Positions 41,443 to 54,769 of a stretch of 64,000 nucleotides of DNA are shown one piece after another (the first letter of the stretch is position 1; each line of letters opens with the position of its first letter). Source of the stretch: the human T2T-CHM13v2.0 reference genome, Homo sapiens. The stretch is taken from the NCBI RefSeq assembly GCF_009914755.1, contig NC_060928.1; one strand, 5' to 3'. Position numbers and translations under genes: made by a program. The notes under the pieces are model-generated. The model had not been told where the DNA came from. It did not search any database and saw only the letters and a program-made list of their open reading frames with translations.

Positions 41443-43855
41443 CTATATAAAAATAAAAGACAATGTGATATTATAAACTGTAGGATACTGACTAGATATT
41501 CAAAAAAAGGACCTGATCATTTTCTATTGTTCAGAAGAACAAAATAAACACAGGGAATTTTTTTTTCTTTGCATATCATAGCCCTGTCACAGTTTCTCAT
41601 AAGATAGACAGATCCTATCTAACCCAACTTAAATAAGATCTTACTGGTATAAATAACTTTCATAGGCTTTCCTTCATGACATGTCTCATAACCTCAAAAC
41701 TCTTAAATACAAATATTTTAGTAATAACTGAGGTTTGACAAGATATAAACATAAATTACCATGCTATAACAATAATGACAACCTAACTAGATTTTTTATG
41801 AGGTATATTGAATTTTTGCCAGAAAAACCCAAAATCTTTCTAAGCATTAAAATGCCAATGTCTTGGTCTCTTCATCAACCAGGAAGATAATTTATTACAG
41901 TTTAGCCATGGTTTCTCAGTACCTTTTCCTCACATTTCAAAACGGTCAAGTTTAAAGATACCAACTCTGATAGAAGATCAAAATTTAAAATTAGTCTAGA
42001 AAATGACTTGCATGAGAAACTGAGTAAATTCAATATGTAACTTTAATAATGACATTTAATAAGCAGAAAAATGCAGCTGCTTAGCCTTTTGTGTGTAATA
42101 AACCCCATATATAACTATTTCAGAGGCTCTGTAGATCAGACTTGAAATCCAGTCTTGACATGGGTCAGTGGTTCAGTGGTCTTTCAGATATCCCCTCAGG
42201 GCCAGCAATGGCAGGCCCGGCTTTCCAAACAGTTGAGTAAAATAGGGAGGTCATCAGATTTTGGACAAGGTCAGTATGAACTTGCCAGAGCAGAGAAAAA
42301 AAATCCAGCAGGAATTAAGCTATTATCACCTCCATGATCCATGTGAAATGTTGCCTGACTTTGAATTGTACATCCTTTGTTTACAATCACATTAATTAAC
42401 TAAGCAGGGTAGAAACGAGCTTGTTCTTCCAAATGGCTGACAACCACCTGACCATTAGACTTAAAAAGCATTTTAACTGAACAATTAAAAAAAAAAAAAG
42501 ACCTTATTTAAAGCTTAGCTATAAATAAAATTAGATTATAATCACACAAAAATTTTAAGATTCTCATCTTCAAAAACAATGTATATAATTCTAATTGACA
42601 AAAGAGGAAAACACAGGTGTGTGTTATTTTATGAAGCAAAAAGCCATATCCAATTTGTCTGAGCTAACACTTATTGCATGGTATGAGTCATACTCTCATA
42701 CCATAAATAAATAAACTCTTAATAAACCTTATTACATTTAATCTCACAACCACTTTACAAGGTAAAGTATCAATCATTTCTACTTAAAAAATGAACTAAG
42801 GCTCAAAAAAGTGCTTTGTCCAACGTTACCAGTTGGACAAAATATGGAAGTTGGACCAGGACTTGTTTAACTGTAAAGCCTGTGTCCTCAGTCATCAAAT
42901 AAGCCTGGGTTCTACCTACACAGTATATGCAGTGCTAAACATTTTAAGTATAAGTTTTTAACTTATATACAAAGTGATTTTTAAAAAAGGAAAAGAAACT
43001 CTAAACTTTTAGCATTTTCATGATGAGAAAACAACTGGCTATCCTGAATACATATATCTTTCATATATATATATTTATCTCTCTCTATACAGCAATTGTT
43101 ATATAAATAATTGAAAAAGAATTTTTGTAATGTGATTTATCCCAATAAATCACTATATAATTTTCTAGTATTAATTTGCCCAAGTGTGTATTCAATTAAT
43201 TTCCAGCTTTGACAAATTTTACCAAAATATGTTATTTTCACTTCATAATACTTGTGCTACTGAAGATGAATGTTACTATTCCCAGGCCTTGTTTCACAAT
43301 AAAGAGGGAGGAACATGCTTTCCTTGTTCATTGACAATCAAAAGCAGCATTTGCTTAATTAAATACTAATTATTCTCATTTCAGTAATACCCGCTGCCCA
43401 CTTCCACCCCCAATTCACACTCTATCATGATTAGAAGATAGTGTCCTTCTTTTGCTGGTTATACCTACCATGCTCTTGTTTTATAATTCTCCTAGATTCA
43501 AAGCAATAATTATAATGGATGAATTTTAAGTGCTAGTTTTCCCCTGAGTTTTAAAATTTGAGAGATGCATCATTTCCATTGTAAATTAGAGATGCATAAT
43601 AAAATATACCTAAATGCATAGTAAAAATATACCTAAAAAGTACTCTTACCAACACCAATTTGAGGAAGCAGAATGGAACAAATGACATTTCATAGCAATT
43701 GTTACAAAAATGAAGTTTTCAATCCTTCTAATATATAGTGTCAAAATATTATGATTTTGTATATTTGTCTGTATCTTCTACATCTGTTATTTCATTCAGG
43801 TTACTCAACAAATTGACAAAAAATTTATTTGCTCAAAACAAATATTCTCCACAAG

Positions 43856-44118
43856 TTTTTTTGGTTTTTTGTTTTTTTTTTTTTTGGTTAAGAGACAGGG
43901 TCCCACTCTGTCACCCAGGTTGGAGTACAGTAGTGGCACAATCATAGTTCACCGTAACCTCAAACTTTAATCGATCTTTCCACCTTAGCCTCCCAAGTGG
44001 CTAGGACTATAGGAATACACTACCATGCCTGGCTAATTTTTTAATTTTTTGCAGTGACAGGGTCTGGCTATGTTGCCCAGGCTAGTCTCAAACTCTTGGC
44101 TTCAAGCAATCCTCCCCA
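43856..44118 (-). mobile_element. AluJ, 5'-truncated
   Basis: J diagnostics and poly(T). Confidence 0.85.
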
Positions 44119-45485
44119 AAATATATTTTATTCCTGGCCCAATTTATTTTTAAATACACATTTATTATGAATTATTATGTTACTTTAATATTGACACCTT
44201 AACCTAAATATAAATTCAATTAGTTAAACTAGAAATTAAATGGAGCAAAACCACCCATAAAACAAACAAGAATTTTTAAATAAGTGATATGAAGAAAGCA
44301 ATTTCAAACTTTTAAGTCTTTCAGCTACATAATATCTATCATGCTGGGAAGAAGGTAATAACCATCAGTTTCCATTTAATTACTATGGATTTTGTGATTT
44401 CCTAAGGAAACATTTTATGTAAATTTTGTACAATGGGCATTGTAAACATATTTCAAAATTAAAAATTTAAACAGTAAAAATTAAAAATTAGCTTTCAACA
44501 TTTCACTTGAAATTTATCAAGATATGTATTTGTGTTTTACTCTATTTTTTCACCTCTCACTCCCTTCACCTTTAATTTTAAGAGAGCAGACAGGCATTTC
44601 CTTTCTCAAGAACATTTGCAGGGTCCAGAGCAGAGGCCTCTTGAAGGCATCTTTCTTTTCTGTCTTGTGTGAATCTCTAAGCAAACAGAGAGTATATGAG
44701 GTATCTAGGTGAAGGAGGAGTCAAATGTTAGTATTTTTAAAGAGAGAGAAGCCAAACAGGCATAAATTTTTTCCAAGAGTAGGGAAGCAAGTTCTCAAAA
44801 TCTACAGTCAGCATTTTTTTTTTCCCCAGCCTGGGGGAAAGGAGAAGGGATTAAGAGGTTAGGCAGGAACCCAGAGGATGGGGAATGGTGAGCGGGTCAC
44901 TATATGCCCATACAGTGCCTCTATGTGAAATAGAAGAAAGGTAACACTGCTAGGCTAATGCAGTCCTAAGAGAATTCAGTTTGGTAAATGGAGTAAGTAC
45001 AGGCTGGATTTTAGCTTCCGTTCTTTCTCTCAATCAAGTGCCCTTTCATGAAGAACAATCTGCCTACTGTACATAGTGGCCCCATGCATGGTGCACATAG
45101 GGAAGCTAGTCCCTTGGCACCATGGTTTTTGGCATCAGCAAATATTTTCTAACAGTAACTTGGTATAATCATCAGAGCTGCCTGCCTTCGAAAGACCATA
45201 TGTATCTTAGACAATAAAGATATGACTAATGAAGAAAACGATGGACTAAAGATGTGAAGGCTAGTTTTCTAGGTATCACACAAGCCTGGACTCTCATTCA
45301 AGCCTTGAGAAAAGAAGGTCCCTGCCCTACCAATCTAATAACTATGAAGGAATTTTTCAACAGCCTAATATGAAGAAGGGCTAAGTTCAAATTAGGATAT
45401 TTCTTGTACACTTGAGTTGGTGGTTATAATTTTATACCTATGTCAATAATGGTAAAAAGTTAGCAATATATTCACTGATAATATC

Positions 45486-45789
45486 TTTTTTTTTTTTTTT
45501 TTTTTTTGAGATGAAGTCTTACTATGTCACCCAGGCTGGAGTGCAGTGGCGCGATCTTGGCTCACTGCAACCTCTGCCTCCTGAGTTCAAGCGATTCTCA
45601 TGCCTCAGCTTCCTTAGTAGCTGAGATTATAGGCGCCTGTAACCATACCAGGTTAATTTTTGTATTTTTAGTAGAGACGGGGTTTCAGCATGTTGGCCAG
45701 GCTAGTCTCAAACTCCTGACCTCAGGTGATCTGCCTGCCTCGGCCTCCCAAAGTGCTGGGATTACAGGAATGAGCCACCAAGCCCAGCC
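45486..45789 (-). mobile_element. AluS
   Basis: Full dimer with TSD tgataatat. Confidence 0.93.
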
Positions 45790-45805
45790 ATGATAATATA
45801 TGTCT

Positions 45806-46095
45806 AGCCCAGGCACCGTGGCTAAGGCCTGTAATCCCAGCACTTTGGGAGGCCGAGGCAGAAGGATGGCTTGTTTCCAGGAGTTCAAGACCAGCCTGAG
45901 CAACATGGCAAGACCCGTCTCTACAAAAAAATTAAAAAATTTAGCCAGGTATGGTGGCATGCACCTGTGCCTGTAGTCCCAGCTATTCGAGAGATTGATG
46001 TGGGAAGACTGTGAGCCCAGGAGGCTGCAGTGAGCTGTGTTCACACTACTGCACTCCAGCCTGGGTGACAGAGTGAGACCCTGTCTCAAAAAAAA
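45806..46095 (+). mobile_element. AluJ
   Basis: Dimer whose tail runs into the minisatellite. Confidence 0.9.
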
Positions 46096-47190
46096 TACAT
46101 ATATATTATACATATATGGTATATATATAAAGTATATATATAATACACATTATAGTATAAAGTATATATAATGCACATTATAGTATAAAGTATATATAAT
46201 ACACATTATAGTATAAAGTATATATAATACACATTATAGTATATATAAAGTATATATAATACACATTATAGTATATATAAAGTATATATAATACATATAT
46301 AATATATAAAGTATATATAATACACATTATAATATATATAAAGTATATATAATACACATTATAATATATATAAAGTATATATAATACACATTATAATATA
46401 TATAAAGTATATATAATACACATTATAATATATATAAAGTATATATAATACACATTATAATATATATAAAGTATATATAATACACATTATAATATATATA
46501 AAGTATATATAATACACATTATAATATATATAAAGTATATATAATACACATTATAATATATATAAAGTATATATAATACACATTATAATATATATAAAGT
46601 ATATATAATACACATTATAATATATATAAAGTATATATAATACACATTATAATATATATAAAGTATATATAATACACATTATAATATATATAAAGTATAT
46701 ATAATACACATTATAATATATATAAAGTATATATAATACACATTATAATATATATAAAGTATATATAATATACATTATAATATATATAAAGTATATATAA
46801 TATACATTATAATATATATAAAGTATATATAATATACATTATAATATATATAAAGTATATATAATATACATTATAATATATATAAAGTATATATAATATA
46901 CATTATAATATATATAAAGTATATATAATATACATTATAATATATATAAAGTATATATAATATACATTATATTATATATAAAGTATATATAATACATAGA
47001 TAATATATAAAACATATATAATATATAAAGTATATATTATACACATATATAATATAAATATATACATATATCATACATATTTTATATATATAATATAAAT
47101 ATATACTTATACATATATTATATATATAAAGTATAACATATAAATATATGTCATTTTATGTATATATTTATATATACATATATACACATA
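46096..47190. repeat. AT-rich minisatellite (28-bp then 32-bp units) with degenerate (TA)n flanks
   Basis: Unit aagtatatataatacacattataatatatata (32 bp) repeated roughly 23 times, preceded by a few 28-bp units. It starts at the tail of the AluJ at 45806-46095. Confidence 0.95.
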
Positions 47191-47380
47191 CACAAAATGC
47201 AGGAAGAATTCAGTATGGACAGAAATACAAATAGAATGTAAATGTTATTTCTTATTAAAATAATAAAACTCATAAGAACACCTCTTAATTATTTGATTTA
47301 AACCTTAGGTAGAAATGAAGGGTGATGTAGCACATCATTATCACAAAAAAGAAACCACATTTATTTAGTTCTTATTCTTT

Positions 47381-49599
47381 TTTTGTTTGTTTAACAGAGA
47401 GCTTCAGTTTCACGTCACTGTCCTAGCTTCATCTACCTGTTGCCAACAACTTGAAGGAGTTTCTCCATAGCCCTTGATTCCTGAATTGTTCAACATATCA
47501 ACAGCAATAGTCACAAATACATTGACTTAAGGAGTAAACAAGCAGCTTTTCTCTACAGACCACTGAGCACCCCAGGAAGGTGCAGCTCTCTGCTCCACCC
47601 CAGCGTCTTGGTGTCTGTGTCCAGCAGGAAGGACCTGGCAGGAGGCTGAATCCAAGCACTGCTTTCAGGCCACTCTATTCTCATCCCTGGATCCTCCAGG
47701 GAAATAAGGGGGAAAAAAAATGACTTTTCCTGCTTTCAAAATGGAGGGCCTTAAAATCAACCAAAGTTCCAGAACAAAAACAAAACACAGGAGCTGGCTG
47801 GGTGCACTGGCTCACACCTGTGGTCCCAACATTTTGGGAGGCCAAGGTGGGAGGACTGATTGAGTGCAGGAGTTCAAGACCAGCTTGGCCAACATGGCAA
47901 GACCCCATCTCTACAAAAAAAGTAAACAAAAATCAGTCGGGCATCATGGCATATGTCTGTAGTCCCAGCTACTCTGGAGGGTGAGGTGAGGACTGCTTGA
48001 GCCTGGGAGGGCAAGGCTGCAGTGAGCCGAGTTCATGCCACTGGCACCCTAGCCTAGGAAACAGAGTTAGACCTTGTCTCAAAACAAAAACCCAAAAAAC
48101 CCCCCATCATCTGCAAAGCCATGTTGGGAGCACAACTGTTTCCCATAGGCTTTCTTTTTCCTTGCCCCATTGACTTCCAGAAGGTTTTCCCCTTACCCAT
48201 CATTGTGACTTTTCTCATCTTTCACAATGGTGCAATTCAATAGGAAGAATTAACAACTAGAAAAGGAAGAACAACAACAACAAAAAATCTAACCCTATGA
48301 AAACTCTGCCTTCAACATAACTCCAGGGAGATGAACATTATAATACTGGCACTCCTGACCCACACTATCCTCTGCACCCCGTCCCTGACCACATCCTCCT
48401 CTCTGGACACTTAGACATCAGGTTCCCCAAGGGACAAGGTTCCATGAAGAGCACCCTGAGTTCCTTAGAAGAACTGGCACTGCTCCGGCTCCTCTAACAA
48501 CTGAGACTGGCACTGTGGGCACCACCAGGTGAGCCTCTGGAACCCACCTGAGGGCCCAAAGGGCTTCTTCATGACCTGGTGGCCAGCTGGGCACTGTTCT
48601 TTCTGGTAGACCTGCATGTGCTGCGGTTTGCCCTGGAACTTGCCCTGCAGCCAGGCTGTACTGAACTCCACCACGTGATCCACCAGGGCCTCCTAACATG
48701 GAGGCACTCAGGACTGAACCAAGAGAAAGGGGATGGATGCCAGCTCTGTACAAGACTTCATTCTTAATGACGTTCCCTAGCCCTGAGAAGTATTTCTGGT
48801 CCAATGGTGTATAAGTGACAGGCTGAGCCTGGCCTAGAGCTTCCAAGGCTTGTCCTCAATGGAACTTCTCAGACAGGATGTCACAGGTGGGTGTGACCTC
48901 TGGGGAAGAGCTCCAAGGCATCTGACAATTATAAAGTGCCAGGAAGCTACCACCACCAAAGTACAGGACCAACCTCGGGGCAGGGTCCCTCCGGTCCCCC
49001 TTCTTGTTGGCTTTCTTGGCTCTGGAGAAGTCGTTCACCCAAACGCTGCCAAGCAAACAAGAGCTGACACGCAGCCGCCTCCCAGCATCTCCTGTAGGGG
49101 TGTCTCCCTTCAAACATTCCTAATCATCCTCTCCCTGGGGGACGAGCTCTGCGGACTGTGAGGAGGCGTCAAGGGTCTTCTGCCCACTTGCTCCCGGGCC
49201 TGCTTTGAGTCCACAGTCCCTTCCTTCTGCGCTTCTTTTTGTGGAGGCTCTGGCGGTGAGCTGTTGCCAGCGGGCCCCATTTCTTCATCTGGATCAAATC
49301 TAAGGAATAATTTCTTTCCATGGACCTGGGTGTCCTGGAGCCACAGAGACTGGAGGCTGGTGGGCTATACTTCTTACTGTTGCTCCCTGTCTTTACCACC
49401 TGCTTGCCCACAAAAGGAGAGACCGAATGGTGAAATGTCCTCACCAACAGCCCTTCTGGCATCCCAGCTCCGGGTGGGCAGCCCCTTGGCCCGACCCAGC
49501 ACCACTGCACGCCCCGCACAGCAGCTCCAGCACCAGGCAGAGATTTCTCAGCGCCACGGCACACGTGGGCTCCGTCCCCTTAGGGGACGCCCCTGTAGG
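47381..49599 (-). pseudogene. Processed pseudogene of NEIL2 (Nei-like DNA glycosylase 2) with 5'UTR, CDS remnant 48465-49462 and long 3'UTR
   Basis: Intronless translation MPEGLLVRTFHHSVSPFVG...[16 protein letters not shown]...[25 protein letters not shown]...CPAGHQVMK...TWWCPQCQ matches NEIL2. It carries frameshifts and in-frame stops, a degenerate poly(A) at ~47381-47392, and a 16-bp TSD ttagttcttaYtcttt at 47365-47380 and 49600-49615. Confidence 0.95.
47796..48100 (+). mobile_element. AluJ inside the 3'UTR of the NEIL2 retrocopy
   Basis: Dimer with J diagnostics lying between the retrocopy stop codon and its poly(A)/TSD. Confidence 0.9.
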
Positions 49600-50052
49600 T
49601 TAGTTCTTACTCTTTAGAGAGAACTGTTTTAGGGTCTGGGATACATAAAATGAGTCCCCCCCACCGCCCGAGAATACAGATCTAAATCAGTAATAGAGAA
49701 AGAATATATTTTTAGGAGAAAATACGTTGTGAAAACAACTAGCACTCCAGAAGTTCAAATAAGAAAATTATGACTAAAAGTTGGGGTGGCCAGAGAAAGC
49801 TTTAGGGAAAAGATTGTAATACATTGTATTTCGCTAACACAGAACTCATCAATCTGTATTATAACTGCTTGTTTGTTTCTATCTCCCTCTAAATGGAAGG
49901 ATCCATGAAATTGAGGACTTTACATGTGAATTTAAAGTATGACAAGCATTTCTAAGAAACTAATAGTGAGGAGAGAGATTATTAAGATTTTACATATAGT
50001 ATGAAGAACAACATCAAATTAGCACAATTAAATAAGAGAGCGAGCATATATA

Positions 50053-50686
50053 CAGCAAATCCTCACCTACTGTCATCGATAGGGTCTTGAAAATTGCAAC
50101 TTTATGTAAAATGGCATATAACAAAACCAATTTTACCACAGGCTAATTGATATAAATGAGTTAAGTTCCCACGGCATATTTTGGTTGCCACAAAAACATC
50201 ACCAAACTTCTAAAAAGAGACCCAAAACACTTCTACTATTAAATATTGAAATAAATGTGAGCTATATGTACATCTAAGAAAGATTAACAAAAATAAGATA
50301 ATTATTTACCCATTTATTCCACTTCAGGGTTGCAGGTGGCCTAACACCTACTGCGCCAACTCAGGGCACAAGTGAGGAAACCATGGTGCCTTGGACAGGA
50401 CACCAGGTGCCATCCCATAGCAGGGAGCACGTGCGCGCGTGCACACACGCACACACACACACACACACAGAGTCAGATGGGTACCAGGTAGACACACCAG
50501 TTCACCTTATGTGCACATCTTTGGGATGTGGGAAGAAACCAGAGTACCTGGAAAAAGCCCACACAGACATGGGAAGAACATGCAAACACCACACAGAAAG
50601 TGGCCCCGGCCATGAATTGATGTTTTTTTTCTCACCAGCGATATAACAAAACATTGAATGAAATGACGTTATTTGAGGACATGCTG
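50053..50686 (-). mobile_element. MER6A-like TcMar-Tigger element with internal (CA)n
   Basis: TIRs cagcaaatcctca ... tgaggacatgctg with TA on both sides. Confidence 0.8.
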
Positions 50687-53600
50687 TACTTAAACTATAT
50701 TGCAGTCTCATCACAAGAAAATCTGCATGAATAAGTCGGTGATGAGAGTGCAATACTCTCTTAATACGAAATAAACATGCTGAACTCAACTGATATATAC
50801 CAATATGTAACAAAATAAATAAGCATAATACAGCCAAAATCTTACTGTGGATGACAATGGCATTTAAGTTATACAGTAGAATTCCATTTTAATACTAAAA
50901 GCATCTTTCTAAGAACCATATCTTGATACAATACCAAATATTACAGTTCAAAATTATCTCTTTTGACAGATGAAATGTAGTAACAGAGTCAAAGATTATG
51001 CCTTTCTAATACTTTTAATGCACATTTACAAAGTGAAGTATGTTTTATATTCATCAGAACAGAACAGTCAGCTCTGGATAAAAAACACATGTTCAGCAAT
51101 TCTTTAAAACATCAGTGGAAAATGATAAGTAAACAACACTGACAGAAGACAGATACATTTACAATTCACGTTTTCTTCTGGCTTGCTCAAAATAATTTTA
51201 ATCTCTATCACTTAATTAGGTAGATGGGTCTTAGAGGCAGGTAACATGGCCAACATTTAGTGTATCATCTCCTAAGATAAAAATTTGAAAGGTTCAACCA
51301 GAGGTTACACCACAGTTCAGGATAAGCTCATTGCTTTGATCACAAATCCCAAGGCTTTCATGGCATAATGACAAGGATTGGTTGTGACCACACATATGCT
51401 TTAGTTTTCTTTATTAAGGTATAATTTCCACTGATATGAACAACCTTTGCAGCCAGGCTGTATGATTCTCCTTTTAATAGTCACCAATTCTATGCACTGA
51501 ACTAAACCCACCACTTCAATATATTGGGGCAAACATACCAACTACTAATCTATCAACCAAAAAGAAACAAGATAATCAAAATAGAAATAAAAATGAAGAA
51601 GCTCCTTTTTAGTTAAAATTAAATATTTATTTCATTTTTCCTAAATATGAAATATTGACAACTCAAATAGAAGCATGATAAATTAGAAGTTAACTAATTT
51701 AAGGTGCACTGCTTAGGGACACTGATGGTAAAAAAATGTGAAAGCAAAATTTTAGCTTTTCACCACTGAAAAAATGATTTAAAAAATTGAAAATAAGCTT
51801 TCTTAATTAACAAAAAAGAGCTGATTAACAATATATTATAAAAATATAATGTGCATGTTTTGATACATTTTAATTTTCAAGATTTATTTTGTTAGCCCAT
51901 AATAAAACTTTTAAAAAATTCACTAGAGATCAAGAACATTGAATTGCATTTATAATAGTTATTTTAAATCAACTGCATATCTGAAAGCTTTCAAGTTGAT
52001 ATTTAAATTTAGTTTGTCCTAATTTGGTAGATAAAATGCTGTTTTTTCCTACAGTAAAAGAAAAACAATCATTTTCAAAATTGGAAAAGAAAAAATAATC
52101 TATAATCCTTCCAGACCAACCCCATAAATATTATGTGGTTTTTAGATATTATAAAACTGTTATTTCAAATGCATTACAATAAAGAAAAATCATGGATTAC
52201 AAATCAATAGATAAATGATAATCTATTTCAATCTGATATAGTAGAAAAAATAATTGGGTTTAAGTCTTGTCTACTCAACTTACTGTCACATGTACTCAAA
52301 TTAATTTAATTTCTGTGACCCTTACTCACCTCAATTGCCATTTCAAAATCACAGGGTTTGCTGTGAGGCTCATATGGGATAATGCGGAATTCTATATATA
52401 CATAAGATATTATTATCATTAGTAGGATTCATGATAAAAATCCCAAATTACAGACTCAACTTGCCTAAATCCTAAAGCCAATAGGTCATTCACTGAATTA
52501 TGCCCATTTATAAAAGCATTTAACATAACTCTAAGAATACTTAACAAAACTTACTTTCAAAAATATATATGCCCACAAAAATATTTGAGACTTAATACTT
52601 CCTGCCAAATAACTATGACATTCAAAACAAATATATTATTTTTTTTATTAGCAATGACAGTAGGGTTTAACATGCTTCATATTATGATAAATATCCCCAA
52701 TAATTTATGGTTCTTTCTTGCTTTCAACACATTTTTCACTTCCATGTTTGAAATGGACATCTCCATTGGGCCTTTTGCTGTTCTAGACCCTTATCTCCAA
52801 ATAAATTATAATTTGGAAAGAAATAATGGGCAATAATAATGCAAACAAAAAGTGAGCTGTAACTGCCGTAAGAGAAGATGCAAATAAAATTTCTGGAATA
52901 AGTGGTAGACATATATTTAGTATGGGAGAAGAACCACTTATCTCAGTATCTAAGAACGCATTAATGAACAGTCTACATTTTCTAGTTGAACAAAAAATAT
53001 GATAAGATCACCAGTCAAAAAACAAATCACACTTGACATATGCATGCATTTTTATAATTCTGGAAGACATGAATATTTTCCAAATGCCTTAATAGGTTTT
53101 TAATTTTCCTGTATAGTATGTAAATAGCATGAGAAGAAAAATATTCAGGGTTTCAAGTAATTTTTATCAATGAGCAAAATGTAGTTCATTGTAGACACGA
53201 GTACAAACTTCAATACTTAATTAGCACAAAGTTTCATCATTTAACCTACTGATACTTGAAGAAAAGGGCTAAAGAGATGTGGCTAAATTAACAAATCGCA
53301 AGTTATCTATAAGTTACGTATAAAAAGCAAGGATAAACAGACATATTTGAGAAAGCTTGAGCTCACTGATGAAAAAGAAGAGAGGCTGGCAAAAAACAGA
53401 AGGAAGGAGGGAAGATAGGAAGGAGAAAGGAATGAGCACTTAAGTTGAAAATGTGCAAATGCATGAATAAGGATAAGATTTTAATTTTACTTTCTTTCAG
53501 CATTTTTTAAAACTCTAAATTATTAAAATGGTGTCTGAGAACCGGATGCAGATTTTTTTTACTAAGAAAATAAAATTACTAAATCATCGAAGTTTAAGTT

Positions 53601-54769
53601 TTTTAAAAAATAAATACATTAAGAAATACATTGCCATCAATTATGTTCTATTAACTGTAGCTAAGCATTTTCTTATAAACGGGCCTAATGTTGATGATAT
53701 CAGCATCCATGGAATGTATTAACATGGTAGAAGATGTGCTGCTAGGGAAAGAAGAAACCTAATTTATCTTCAGATTGCAGACCTCTGGGATTTCTGAGGT
53801 AGTAAAGGGAAGTCAAAGGTCTCATGTTTTACAAATCTCACAAGCCACAAAACTATTCTATGATCACCTCTACTGTATATTATTATTTAACATGCATATG
53901 TAATTTAAAACTTTTTAAGGGTTAAATATTAAATTATATATGAGTTCATATAATATTACTGCATAGTCATTTATTTTTAAAATAATATTTAGTATCTCTT
54001 AGGACTTAATTGCATTCTATTTACTTAACTGTAAATATAGAATATACTTTACTGACCCTACTAACTTCATAACTTAATACACTCACCACTAATGATGCAC
54101 ATTAAATTATAAAATAGGTTTTTAAGTGAAAAATCCAAGATATGACCAGTGATGGTATGTCCATGTTCGCAAAGCTATCACAGTAATAAAATGTAGAAAA
54201 TTGAATCATTAACAACTTGTGGTCAGCATCTGACATCCAGCTACCAGTTCTCTTGTGGACATAAAATCTCATCCTAAAAAATGAGATGTTAGTAGTCCCA
54301 CTTCATATCAGGCATATATCCATTTGAGTTTGGCTGTGCCCTTCTGGCTAGAATAAGCATACACTCTCCATTTTCTCCTCAAACTACCTCGCTATTTTTC
54401 CCAGGCTCTTTCACTAACTCTTAGAAAAGCTTTATGCCTCCTGTCCCTTACAGTCAACCAAATGCTCATTTGTTTGCATATCTTTAATAGCTGTGACACA
54501 GATCAGGCAGATTGCAAAGTCAATCATATCTATTATCTGGCTATTACTTGCTGAACTGGCTTATATAATTAACTCAAGCATTTTTAGACTGTTACCAAAG
54601 GCCTTCATATTAGACTCAACTGCCTTTCAGAATCTCTGTTTCTATGTTTTCTACACACCCGAAACATAAGACCAATTAACAGATCAATAAGCAATGTGCC
54701 AAACGTCTTTTCTGAGCTTTGTTCATGTCACTTCCCTTGCTCAGAACCCTCTTCCTCATTTCATCACAT

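Noticed and set aside
46096-47190. Regular 32-bp repeats superficially like a CRISPR array
   Set aside because: Units are head-to-tail with no unique spacers, the context is primate DNA and there are no cas genes. It is a minisatellite.
49264-49617. Plus-strand ORFs over the NEIL2 retrocopy (also 48850-49161 and 48579-48767)
   Set aside because: Antisense frames of GC-rich pseudogene sequence.
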